The notes below the pieces were generated by a model that saw nothing but the letters and a program-made list of their open reading frames with translations, had not been told where the DNA came from and did not search any database. 64,000 nt of DNA from a virus. Lineage: Duplodnaviria; Caudoviricetes. The stretch is taken from positions 1 through 64,000 of the IMG/VR virus record IMGVR_UViG_3300030433_002124, one strand, 5' to 3'. Of this stretch, positions 1 through 8,531 are shown in pieces; the first letter of the stretch is position 1; each line of letters opens with the position of its first letter. A program made the position numbers and the translations under genes.

Positions 1-1
1 T

Positions 2-496
2 CAGCAATTATGTTTAGATTGCGTTGAACAAAATGGTTTTTTCTGTGGAGATGATCCTGCAAACTGGACTCAATATGCTCCTAATGGTTGTGTGCCTAAT
101 GGAGCTGGTGGTTTGTTTTATTTAAACGATGGTTGGGATGATTGTGTAGATGGGAGTGATGAGCAGGATGCTGTTCCTACCTTACCTGAAGCATGCGGAC
201 CACCACCACAAGATTGTGACACAGTATATGTAGATGTTATACAATATGAAACTATATTTGATACTATTGTTCAAATAGAATATATTACTGTAATTGATAC
301 AATTATAGAATATGTTCCAGAATATATTGTAGAATATATAGATTGTGTTACGAATGAACCTTGTGGTAATAGTCAAATTATAGAAATAATGAAAGGATCA
401 TTTGGATCTGATATTATGTATAATTTAAATGGGCAGGTTATAAGAAAACCAGAAGGAATATACATTCAAAACGGAGAGATAAAAAGAAAGTTTTAA
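2..496 (+). CDS. 5'-truncated protein with LDL-receptor class A-like motif and T9SS C-terminal sorting domain-like tail
   Basis: The frame is open from base 2 (QQLCLDCVEQNGFFCGDD...), so the track's GTG start at 92 is internal. It contains FFC...GCVP...NDGWDDCVDGSDE (LDLa-like DCxDGSDE). It ends in MYNLNGQVIRKPEGIYIQNGEIKRKF, which resembles T9SS type A CTDs. Confidence 0.6.
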   Translation, partial: QQLCLDCVEQNGFFCGDDPANWTQYAPNGCVPNGAGGLFYLNDGWDDCVDGSDEQDAVPTLPEACGPPPQDCDTVYVDVIQYETIFDTIVQIEYITVIDTIIEYVPEYIVEYIDCVTNEPCGNSQIIEIMKGSFGSDIMYNLNGQVIRKPEGIYIQNGEIKRKF

Positions 497-774
497 TGAA
501 ATATGTTTATAGAAATATAGATAGTCCTAATCAAGCTATAATAAAAGGGGGAGGTAAAATATCACAACTAATGTTAACTCCTTTACAAACTGAAACTAAA
601 ATAAATATTTTATTATATAAGCAAGGAGAGGAAATATTTATATTGAAAAATACAGAATTGTTTGAAGGATCTACATTAGATGTGTTTGAAAATACATTTA
701 GTTATGATCCTTCTTACCAATTTGCAGTAAAAGTATTATCAGGATCTGTAAGCATGTTATTAACCTTAAGTTAA
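496..774 (+). CDS. hypothetical protein (92 aa)
   Basis: TAATG stop/start overlaps at both ends; no motif recognised. Confidence 0.6.
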   Translation: MKYVYRNIDSPNQAIIKGGGKISQLMLTPLQTETKINILLYKQGEEIFILKNTELFEGSTLDVFENTFSYDPSYQFAVKVLSGSVSMLLTLS

Positions 775-1124
775 TGAGTAAAAAAGAATTATCGGAAGAC
801 AGCAAATTTCAAATAAGTGTTAAAACATTAGTTAGTATAGTAGTAGCAGTAGTTACGGTTGTGTCTGCTTATTTTGGTTTAATGAGTAGTATAAATTCTA
901 AGTTTTCAGAACTAGAAGGTAAAGTAGAAAAAGCCTTACAACTACCAAAACCTGGAACAGGAACATACACAATAGATATGGGAGATCCCGCAGCTACTAA
1001 TACATGGCCACCTACGCGTATGGAGTTTAACATGAAAGATCAAATGGCTCGTAATCAAATTGATGCTTTAGTAAAAGAAGTAGACGAGTTAAAAGAAGAA
1101 ATAAAAATCTTAAGAAATAAATAA
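774..1124 (+). CDS. single-TM membrane protein with C-terminal coiled coil
   Basis: Hydrophobic stretch TLVSIVVAVVTVVSAYFGLM; heptad-like C-terminus IDALVKEVDELKEEIKILRNK. Confidence 0.65.
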   Translation: MSKKELSEDSKFQISVKTLVSIVVAVVTVVSAYFGLMSSINSKFSELEGKVEKALQLPKPGTGTYTIDMGDPAATNTWPPTRMEFNMKDQMARNQIDALVKEVDELKEEIKILRNK

Positions 1125-1496
1125 ATGAAAAAATTATATTGGATAATATTGTTAATATGTAATATTTGCATAGGACAAGAGGTTATTAATAAGAATAATT
1201 TTAATGATAAAATAGCTAAAGATATTGTAGTAATAGAGTTTTGGGCTTCATGGAATGCGCAAAACGAATTTAAAGACTTATCAAAATTAAAAGAATGTAA
1301 TAAATACAGAGTAGATATAACAGCTGATATGGATCTACAAATGAAATACAAAGTAGAAGCTATACCTACTGTTATTATTTTTGATAATGGAAAAGAAAAA
1401 GAAAGGTTTTTACCTAATATAATGTTTCAATTAGATGTAGATAAAAAAGTATTACAAAATTCTGTAGATACATTACTGTTAAATAAATTTCAATAA
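1125..1496 (+). CDS. secreted thioredoxin-fold protein lacking CxxC
   Basis: Signal-peptide-like N-terminus MKKLYWIILLICNICIG. VVIEFWASWNAQN replaces the usual WAxWCxPC. The thioredoxin cis-Pro region KYKVEAIPTVIIFDNGKE is present. Confidence 0.75.
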   Translation: MKKLYWIILLICNICIGQEVINKNNFNDKIAKDIVVIEFWASWNAQNEFKDLSKLKECNKYRVDITADMDLQMKYKVEAIPTVIIFDNGKEKERFLPNIMFQLDVDKKVLQNSVDTLLLNKFQ

Positions 1497-1497
1497 T

Positions 1498-1857
1498 ATG
1501 TATACTTATAAAGCAAAGTTAGATAGAGTAGTAGACGGTGATACTATCGATGTTAATATAGATCTTGGATTTGATATTAGCGTTCACAAAAGAGTACGGT
1601 TAGCTGGCATTAATGCGCCAGAATCTAGAACAAGAGATTTAGAAGAAAAGAAAAAAGGTTTAGCTTCAAAAGCTAGATTAATAGAACTATTAGATAAAGG
1701 GAATCTTGTTGTAGAGAGTAAAGAGTTGGGTAAATATGGTAGGGTAATAGGTACTTTGCATATATATCCGGATAACTTAGACTTACCTATTAATGTTAAT
1801 GAAACATTAGTAAGTGAGGGCTATGCTGTCAAGTATGATGGTGGAAAACGTGTTTAA
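1498..1857 (+). CDS. thermonuclease (SNase-like) family protein
   Basis: SNase motifs RVVDGDTID, VRLAGINAPE and GKYGRVIG. Confidence 0.9.
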   Translation: MYTYKAKLDRVVDGDTIDVNIDLGFDISVHKRVRLAGINAPESRTRDLEEKKKGLASKARLIELLDKGNLVVESKELGKYGRVIGTLHIYPDNLDLPINVNETLVSEGYAVKYDGGKRV

Positions 1858-1871
1858 TTTAAAATAAAATT

Positions 1872-2087
1872 ATGATGAAAATCTTTAAAGATTCCAATGA
1901 TTGGAATGAAAAAGCAATAATAGGTTTTATAGCTTTTGTAATAATGTGTTTAGTTATGATGTTAGATCTAATAACAGGATGGGCTGGTTATGATTTAGTA
2001 ATTAACGAATTCGTATATGATTCATTTGTATGGGTAGTTCTGGGCTGCTTTGGTATAAGTGGAGTAGAAAAATTTGCTAAAAAATAA
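1872..2087 (+). CDS. small 2-TM membrane protein (holin-like, function uncertain)
   Basis: Two hydrophobic helices (IIGFIAFVIMCLVMMLDLI; FVWVVLGCFGISGV) and a basic C-terminus. Confidence 0.55.
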   Translation: MMKIFKDSNDWNEKAIIGFIAFVIMCLVMMLDLITGWAGYDLVINEFVYDSFVWVVLGCFGISGVEKFAKK

Positions 2088-4102
2088 TGAATCATTTTAG
2101 ATTACAACCTTCATTTGTAAATACTAGAGAATTTTCTTGCGAAGCTAGAAGTTTTTTAAGGAATGGGTATTATACTAATTCTCCTCCTGGGACTTATGCT
2201 TATAAAGAATATTGGGACGAACAAACCAGAAGATGTTTAGAAGGTTTTGAAGTAGGAGGGGTTAGAATTACTGGCCCCCACTACTTCTATCTAAATTTTA
2301 CACAAATTAAAGCCACAGTAAAACAGGGTAAGTTAGAAAGAAAAGTACTTACATTTCCGAGCTTTTTAGATATGGATTATTATTACTTTGACGAATGTGA
2401 ATTAGCACGTGAAAATGGTCAAGGAATGATAGTAGCAAAAGCTAGACGTAAAGGTTTTTCCTACAAAAATGGTGCCTTATGTGTTCATCAATATAATTTT
2501 TTTAGAGATTCTACAAGTATTATTGGTGCATATTTAAATGAATATGGTAATGCTACTATGGCGATGGCTTTAGAAATGATTAACTTTATTAATAAACATA
2601 CTGCATGGGCTAAACGTAGAAATCCAGATCGTAGAGATTTTGTAAAAGCAAGATTTAAAGAAGTAAAAGATGGAAAAGAAGTGTGGAATGGATATAATAG
2701 TGAGATTTTTACATTAACATTTAAAGATAACTTCTCAGCTGCTATTGGTAAAACAGCCGATCTTATGCTATGGGAAGAAGCCGGTAAGTTTCCTAATTTA
2801 ATAAATGCTTATATGATTACAGCACCTGTATTTAGAGATGGTAATGTAATGATTGGTATGCCACTAATATTTGGAACAGGAGGTGATATGGAAGGAGGTT
2901 CCAATGATTTTGCTGAGATGTTTTATAATCCAGATAAATACTGGTTAAGACCTTTTGAAAATATATGGGATGAGGGTGGATTTGGAACTAGTTGTGGTTT
3001 TTTCATAGATGATATGTGGTATAAGCCTGGAAAAGTAACATTAGAAAATGGTGATGTTGTCAGTATGGTAGATGATCAGGGTAATTCTAATAGAGATGCT
3101 GCAGAAGAGTTTTTAGACCAAGAAAGAAAGATTATAAAAACTACAGATTCTAGAACTACTTGGGAAAAGTATATTACACAATCTCCTAAAACACCTAGAG
3201 AAGCTTTCCTAAAAAGTTCAGGAAATATATTCCCTACTATTGAATTAAATGCATGGTTAGGTGAACTTGAAGTTAGTAAGCTTGCACAAGATATGGCAAT
3301 GATCGGTGATTTATGGTGGGATAAAGATAAAGTAAAATGGATGCCAAATGATAATTTAAATCCTATAAAAAAGTTTCCTATTAAAAATACAGATGATAGA
3401 ACTGGTTGTGTTGTAATATGGGAGCATCCATATAAGGATGAATCGGGTAATATTCCTTATGGATTATATATAGCTGGAACTGACCCTTATGATCAAGATG
3501 ATTCAACTACTAGTTCTTTAGGTAGTACTTTTATTTATAAAACTTTTCAAAAATTTGATAATACTTTTAATATTCCAGTAGCTGAATATACAGGTAGACC
3601 TGATACAGCTAAAGAATATTATGAAACAGTAAGAAAATTGCTTACTTATTATAATGCTCAAACATTATATGAGAACAATTTAAAAGGATTAAAGATTTAC
3701 TTTGAGCAAAAGAAATCTTTACACTTATTAAAAGAACAACCAAATATATTAAAAGATATTGTTAATAGAACTACAGTAAGTAGAGGATATGGTGTACATA
3801 TGAGTGATCCTATTAAAGTACAATGCGAGTTATATTTAAGAGATTGGTTGTTAGAAAAAAGAGCTGATGGTCAAGGAGGAGATCAACTTAATCTTCATAC
3901 TATTTATTCTATTCCATTAATACAAGAATTAATAGCATATGATCATAAAGATGGTAACTTTGATAGGGCTATAGCATTCATGTTATGTATACTTCATAGT
4001 CATGAAAATTATAATGTAGATTTAGAAGCTAAGTTTGATTTTAATATGGGAGATAAGTTTTGGAGTTCTTCTTTATTTAAAAAGAAGAAAAAATTCTTCT
4101 AA
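2087..4102 (+). CDS. terL: terminase large subunit
   Basis: Walker A region KARRKGFSYK, Walker B LWEEAGK, motif FGTGG, nuclease-domain AGTDPY and C-terminal NFDR; lies directly before the portal. Confidence 0.95.
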   Translation: MNHFRLQPSFVNTREFSCEARSFLRNGYYTNSPPGTYAYKEYWDEQTRRCLEGFEVGGVRITGPHYFYLNFTQIKATVKQGKLERKVLTFPSFLDMDYYYFDECELARENGQGMIVAKARRKGFSYKNGALCVHQYNFFRDSTSIIGAYLNEYGNATMAMALEMINFINKHTAWAKRRNPDRRDFVKARFKEVKDGKEVWNGYNSEIFTLTFKDNFSAAIGKTADLMLWEEAGKFPNLINAYMITAPVFRDGNVMIGMPLIFGTGGDMEGGSNDFAEMFYNPDKYWLRPFENIWDEGGFGTSCGFFIDDMWYKPGKVTLENGDVVSMVDDQGNSNRDAAEEFLDQERKIIKTTDSRTTWEKYITQSPKTPREAFLKSSGNIFPTIELNAWLGELEVSKLAQDMAMIGDLWWDKDKVKWMPNDNLNPIKKFPIKNTDDRTGCVVIWEHPYKDESGNIPYGLYIAGTDPYDQDDSTTSSLGSTFIYKTFQKFDNTFNIPVAEYTGRPDTAKEYYETVRKLLTYYNAQTLYENNLKGLKIYFEQKKSLHLLKEQPNILKDIVNRTTVSRGYGVHMSDPIKVQCELYLRDWLLEKRADGQGGDQLNLHTIYSIPLIQELIAYDHKDGNFDRAIAFMLCILHSHENYNVDLEAKFDFNMGDKFWSSSLFKKKKKFF

Positions 4103-4105
4103 ATA

Positions 4106-4136
4106 TTTGGAAATTAAATTAAAATGAATATTTTTG
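4106..4136 (+). promoter_or_regulatory. Bacteroidota primary-sigma promoter upstream of portal
   Basis: TTTG (4106-4109), 19-nt spacer, TATTTTTG (4129-4136); matches the TTTG-N19-21-TAnnTTTG consensus. Confidence 0.75.
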
Positions 4137-4156
4137 TAAGTTAGAAATAGACTATA

Positions 4157-6673
4157 ATGGAAGGAATAAACAATGACTATATATTAGAGGACTTACCTCA
4201 ACAGAAATTACCTAGAAAAAGAAAAGGTAAAAAGTGGGGTAAATCCTGTATTGATGAATTAGAAAAAGTTACATATAGTGATGCTACTTATAATGGTAGA
4301 TCTTCTAGATACAGAAAACAAATTAATTATGATTTATATAATGGTGTATTAGATCAAAAAGATTTTGAATATGTAGTTAATCCTTATGGTCATTCTGCAG
4401 ATGAGTTTCCTGCAAACTTACAACATTACGATATTATTTCTCCTAAATTACAATTATTAATGGGAGAAGAAATAAAAAGACCTTTTAACTTTAGAGTAGT
4501 ATCTCATGATCCTGCTTCTATTTCTCAGATTGAAGAAACTAGGAAAAAAATGTTAATGGAATTTTTATATTCTGTAGTCGTTCCACCAGAAGTAAGAATG
4601 CAACAAGAGCAACAAATGCAAGAACAAGCAGCTGCTCAGGAAGCAGGACAAACTATGTCTCCAGAAGAACAACAAATGCAACAACCACAAACTCCTGCAC
4701 AAATAGAAAAATATATAAGCTATGAGTATCAGGATGTAAGAGAAAAGCAAGGACAAAATATATTAGAATATCTAGTAAGAGAAGAAAATATACAAAACAA
4801 ATTTAATCAAGGATTTAAAGATGCGTTAATTGCAGGCGAAGAAATCTATTGGGTAGGTGAAGTTTCAGGAGAACCTGTAGTAAGATTATGTAATCCATTA
4901 GATATTCGTGTTATTTTAGATCCAGATTCTCCATGGATTGAAGATGCTCAATCAATAGTTGAAGAAAGATGGTTAACATTATCTACTGTAATAGATGAAT
5001 TTCATGATGTATTAACACCAAAAGATATAGATGCATTAGAAAAAGGGTGGGGTAGAACAGATAGTTATATGGATAGTGGAGGAGTGAATTATCCTTATTC
5101 TGAATTCAATATAATTAATTATGATGCTAGAGGAACTTTTGATCCTAATCATATCAGACAATATAGACGTGATGGTATGATAAGAGTTATTCAATGCGAA
5201 TGGAAATCTATGAGAAAAGTAGGTTTTATTAAAATGATGGATGAGAATGGATTTGAACAACAAGATATTGTAGATGAAATTTTTGAAGTTCCAGAATACG
5301 CAGAAAAAGATAAAGAAACTGGAGAATGGGTATTTGATGGTGTTTCTTTAAAGTGGGAGTGGATTAGTGAATATTGGGAAGGTACTAAAATAGCAGAAGA
5401 TATATATGTTAATATTAGACCTAAAGAAAATCAAAGAAGAGATATGGATAATAATAGTGTAGTTAAATCCGGTTATGTAGGATATATCTATAACGAAAGA
5501 AATTCAGAATCTATTTCATTAATAGATAGAATGAAACCATATCAATATTTGTATAATATTATATATTATAGAACTGAATTAGCTTTAGCTAAATCAAAAG
5601 GAAGAGTTGCATTAATGGATATTTCTCAAATACCGTCATCTGAAGGATGGGATGTTTCTAAATGGATGTACTATTTAGAAGCTGTAGGTGTTATGTTTAT
5701 TAACTCCAGAGAGGAAGGTAATAGATCTCAACAAGCAGCCCCGTTTAATCAATTCCAATCCATTGATCTTTCTATGGGTAATTATATAAATACTCATGTT
5801 CAGCTATTAGATCAGATTAAAACCGAAGTGGGCGAACTCTCTGGAGTTTCTAGACAAAGACAAGGACAGGTTCAAACTTCAGAACTTGTAGGAAATACTG
5901 AAAGAGCAGTAACACAATCATCACATATTACTGAATATTGGTTCTATAATCATAGTGAGGTAAAAAGAAAAGTATTACAAGCTCTTATAGATGTAGCTAA
6001 AATGGCATGGCGTAATGGAAAAAAGATTCAGTACATTATGGATGATATGAGTAAAGTATTTATGAATATAGAAGGAGATGATTTTTCTTCTACTAACTAT
6101 GGGGTATTTGTTTCTAATTCTTCTAAAGATGATAGAACAATAGATCAACTTAGAAATCTTGCTCAATCAGCATTACAATCAGGAGTTACTTCTTTTGCAG
6201 ATGTTGCAGATATTATACAAGACGAATCTATTACTTCTATACAAAGAAAGTTAAGAGATGCTCAAGCAAAAATAGAACAAAAAGCTCAAGAAGGTCAACA
6301 AGCTGAACAACAAAATCAACAGCAAATAGCTCAAATGCAAAAAGAAACAGAGGAAATGAAACAGGCTAGAGAAGATGCAAGAGCTCAATTAGATGCTAAT
6401 ACTAAAATAAAAGTTGCAGAAATTAATGCTGAAGCTAGATTAGCAGATAAAGATGATAATAATGATGGATATCTAGATAATAAAAATAATGAAGTAAAGT
6501 TAGAATTTGATAGGGCAAAAGAACAGGCTAAGTTAGATATGCAAAGAGAAAAGAATCAACAAGATCTTGGTTTAAAACAACAAGAACTTGAAGAAAAGAA
6601 AAGAGCTAATTTAGAAAATGAAAAAATAAAGAGAGCTGCTGCAAATAAAAAACCATCAACTCCTAGTAAATAA
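4157..6673 (+). CDS. portal protein (crAss-like)
   Basis: 838 aa after TerL. Contains YDIISPKLQLLMGEEIKRPF, DALIAGEEIY, SLIDRMKPYQYLYN and GVSRQRQG, with a long coiled-coil C-terminus. Confidence 0.92.
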   Translation: MEGINNDYILEDLPQQKLPRKRKGKKWGKSCIDELEKVTYSDATYNGRSSRYRKQINYDLYNGVLDQKDFEYVVNPYGHSADEFPANLQHYDIISPKLQLLMGEEIKRPFNFRVVSHDPASISQIEETRKKMLMEFLYSVVVPPEVRMQQEQQMQEQAAAQEAGQTMSPEEQQMQQPQTPAQIEKYISYEYQDVREKQGQNILEYLVREENIQNKFNQGFKDALIAGEEIYWVGEVSGEPVVRLCNPLDIRVILDPDSPWIEDAQSIVEERWLTLSTVIDEFHDVLTPKDIDALEKGWGRTDSYMDSGGVNYPYSEFNIINYDARGTFDPNHIRQYRRDGMIRVIQCEWKSMRKVGFIKMMDENGFEQQDIVDEIFEVPEYAEKDKETGEWVFDGVSLKWEWISEYWEGTKIAEDIYVNIRPKENQRRDMDNNSVVKSGYVGYIYNERNSESISLIDRMKPYQYLYNIIYYRTELALAKSKGRVALMDISQIPSSEGWDVSKWMYYLEAVGVMFINSREEGNRSQQAAPFNQFQSIDLSMGNYINTHVQLLDQIKTEVGELSGVSRQRQGQVQTSELVGNTERAVTQSSHITEYWFYNHSEVKRKVLQALIDVAKMAWRNGKKIQYIMDDMSKVFMNIEGDDFSSTNYGVFVSNSSKDDRTIDQLRNLAQSALQSGVTSFADVADIIQDESITSIQRKLRDAQAKIEQKAQEGQQAEQQNQQQIAQMQKETEEMKQAREDARAQLDANTKIKVAEINAEARLADKDDNNDGYLDNKNNEVKLEFDRAKEQAKLDMQREKNQQDLGLKQQELEEKKRANLENEKIKRAAANKKPSTPSK

Positions 6674-8427
6674 TGAGCTTATATGAAAATATAAATAAAA
6701 GAAAAAAAGCAGGTACAAGTAGATCTAAAGCAAACTCTACTATAAGTGATAAAAACTATAGAGATATGCAAAGAGGTTTTAAAATGTATGGTGGTTTAAA
6801 TAAATCATTTGATAAAAACTTTAAACGATCAGAAAAACCAAAAGTAGTTAAGAAAAAATTTGGCGGAGGAGTACCAGATGCATATGGTACATTAGCAAAA
6901 ATGGAACAAGCCGAAAAACTTAATAAGACATTTAAAAAATTACCTACAGCAGAATATGGTTTAAAAAAAGATAAATGGAATGAAGTTGAAGATAATCCTT
7001 ATTCAGAATCAAATCCTCGTACTAGAAAAGCTCAACATCAATTAAATACTTTTATTGTTGAATATGTTATTCCTGAATATGGAGGTACTGTAGAAGGATG
7101 GAAACAAATATTAAATGAAATTGCATTTCATGAGAGTGGTAAAAAACAAAGATTTGATTCAGATGCTACACAAGTAGGAGGTGGTCCTGGAAGAAGTTTT
7201 GCTCAAATAGAAGAAAATTCAGCTAAAACAAATCTTAAAAAATTATTTAGTTCTGCTAAAGATAGTAAGACTGGTGAACATTATCATAGATATGTTCAGT
7301 ATTATGATAATTATGTAAAAGATAAGAATAATAAATTTAAATTTTCAGATGGAGATACTATAACTTATTCTCCTTTTCCTGAATTAGAAAAAAAATATCT
7401 TAGTCAAGTAGATGTAAAAACAGATGATCAAGGAAATATGACAGGATGGAAAGGAGATCAACAACCTTTTGATGTAAGAGGTCTTAGCGATCAGTCTATT
7501 GGTATTTTAATGTTAATGGAATTAATGGGTCAATATGAAAAGCAAACAGATCCTAAATTAAAATTAGCAGAATATTTCGAAGGAGATAAACTTGCTCATC
7601 CTAGAAAAAGAGCAGAATTGTGGGGTACTTATTATAATACAGATAAGAGTTTATTTAAGAATCATCAATTTCTAACGAATATATCTAAATTTGATGATTA
7701 TGATGATAATGAAGGTATAATAACAAAATGGTCTTGGCCTGATGGTTACGGGGGAAAACCTGATAAAAATAAACCAGTAAGAAATTATAAACCTTTTTAT
7801 AGCCATCAAGCAGATTTTGTTAATATAGATGCAATTACACATAATTTAAAAAAATCATTTGATTTATGGTATGGTGAAAAAGATATACAAAATAAAACTT
7901 TTGAAGAGCTTATTCACCCTAATCCTATACTTGCTCATCCTAAAGATAAGATGAATGTAGATCTAAATATTAGAGAACTTAATATGCCTTTACCTCCTAA
8001 TACAGAACCTAATTTAAAAAAATATGGAGGTGATAATAGTGATGATGTTCAGAAAAAACATATTTTTAATTTTGTAAATAAGTATAATAGACAAAGAGAA
8101 AAACTAGGAAAAGAAAGACAGGCTATATTAGATGGTTTACCTGAAGAAACTATGGGATCTGTAAACTCACGCCAAGAATTATTAGATAAATGGCAACAAG
8201 AAGATACAGTAAGAGGAGTTCCTAATTTTTTAGCGGGAAAAGGAAATAAAATAAAGAGACTTTTAAAAAAAGCTTGGAATATATATTGGAGTAAGGAAGC
8301 ATGGGGACTTAGTGGAATGTTAAAAGCACCAGCATTGTATGCTGCTTTTAAAGCTTCTAAGCCTATGAGTACTGAAACAAAAAAGAAACTGAATTTGGAT
8401 TTTAAACCATATGAACCTAAAATATAG
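6673..8427 (+). CDS. putative virion protein with basic N-terminus and lysozyme/transglycosylase-like domain
   Basis: NEIAFHESG (candidate catalytic Glu at 7132) followed by GGGPGRSFAQIE, resembling the ES...GxxQ motifs of lysozyme-like folds. Repeated [Y/F]GG motifs. Confidence 0.5.
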   Translation: MSLYENINKRKKAGTSRSKANSTISDKNYRDMQRGFKMYGGLNKSFDKNFKRSEKPKVVKKKFGGGVPDAYGTLAKMEQAEKLNKTFKKLPTAEYGLKKDKWNEVEDNPYSESNPRTRKAQHQLNTFIVEYVIPEYGGTVEGWKQILNEIAFHESGKKQRFDSDATQVGGGPGRSFAQIEENSAKTNLKKLFSSAKDSKTGEHYHRYVQYYDNYVKDKNNKFKFSDGDTITYSPFPELEKKYLSQVDVKTDDQGNMTGWKGDQQPFDVRGLSDQSIGILMLMELMGQYEKQTDPKLKLAEYFEGDKLAHPRKRAELWGTYYNTDKSLFKNHQFLTNISKFDDYDDNEGIITKWSWPDGYGGKPDKNKPVRNYKPFYSHQADFVNIDAITHNLKKSFDLWYGEKDIQNKTFEELIHPNPILAHPKDKMNVDLNIRELNMPLPPNTEPNLKKYGGDNSDDVQKKHIFNFVNKYNRQREKLGKERQAILDGLPEETMGSVNSRQELLDKWQQEDTVRGVPNFLAGKGNKIKRLLKKAWNIYWSKEAWGLSGMLKAPALYAAFKASKPMSTETKKKLNLDFKPYEPKI

Positions 8428-8475
8428 AAACCGCTATAATAAACAAGAAAAAATTAACTAATAATAATAATAACT

Positions 8476-8506
8476 ATTGGAATTATAAAATTTAATTCTA
8501 TTTTTG
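8476..8506 (+). promoter_or_regulatory. Bacteroidota-type promoter upstream of scaffold/capsid operon
   Basis: ATTG(GAA) at 8476-8479, 19-nt spacer, TATTTTTG at 8499-8506. Confidence 0.7.
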
Positions 8507-8531
8507 TAAAATTGATAAATAATATTTAATT

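Noticed and set aside
1872-2087. Small terminase subunit directly upstream of TerL
   Set aside because: The upstream ORF is a 2-TM membrane protein with no HTH or TerS features.
2087-4102. Intein or intron in terminase or RNAP, common in crAss-like phages
   Set aside because: TerL is a normal length (671 aa) with no splice-junction or LAGLIDADG motifs seen. None were seen around the RNAP catalytic motifs in the segments I translated.
8431-8440. CCGCTATAAT, a sigma70-like -10 box
   Set aside because: It occurs once with no matching -35. The Bacteroidota-type promoter at 8476-8506 explains this region better.
8455-8475. (AAT)n microsatellite-like run upstream of the scaffold promoter
   Set aside because: It is short and expected in AT-rich intergenic DNA; there is no evidence of phase variation.
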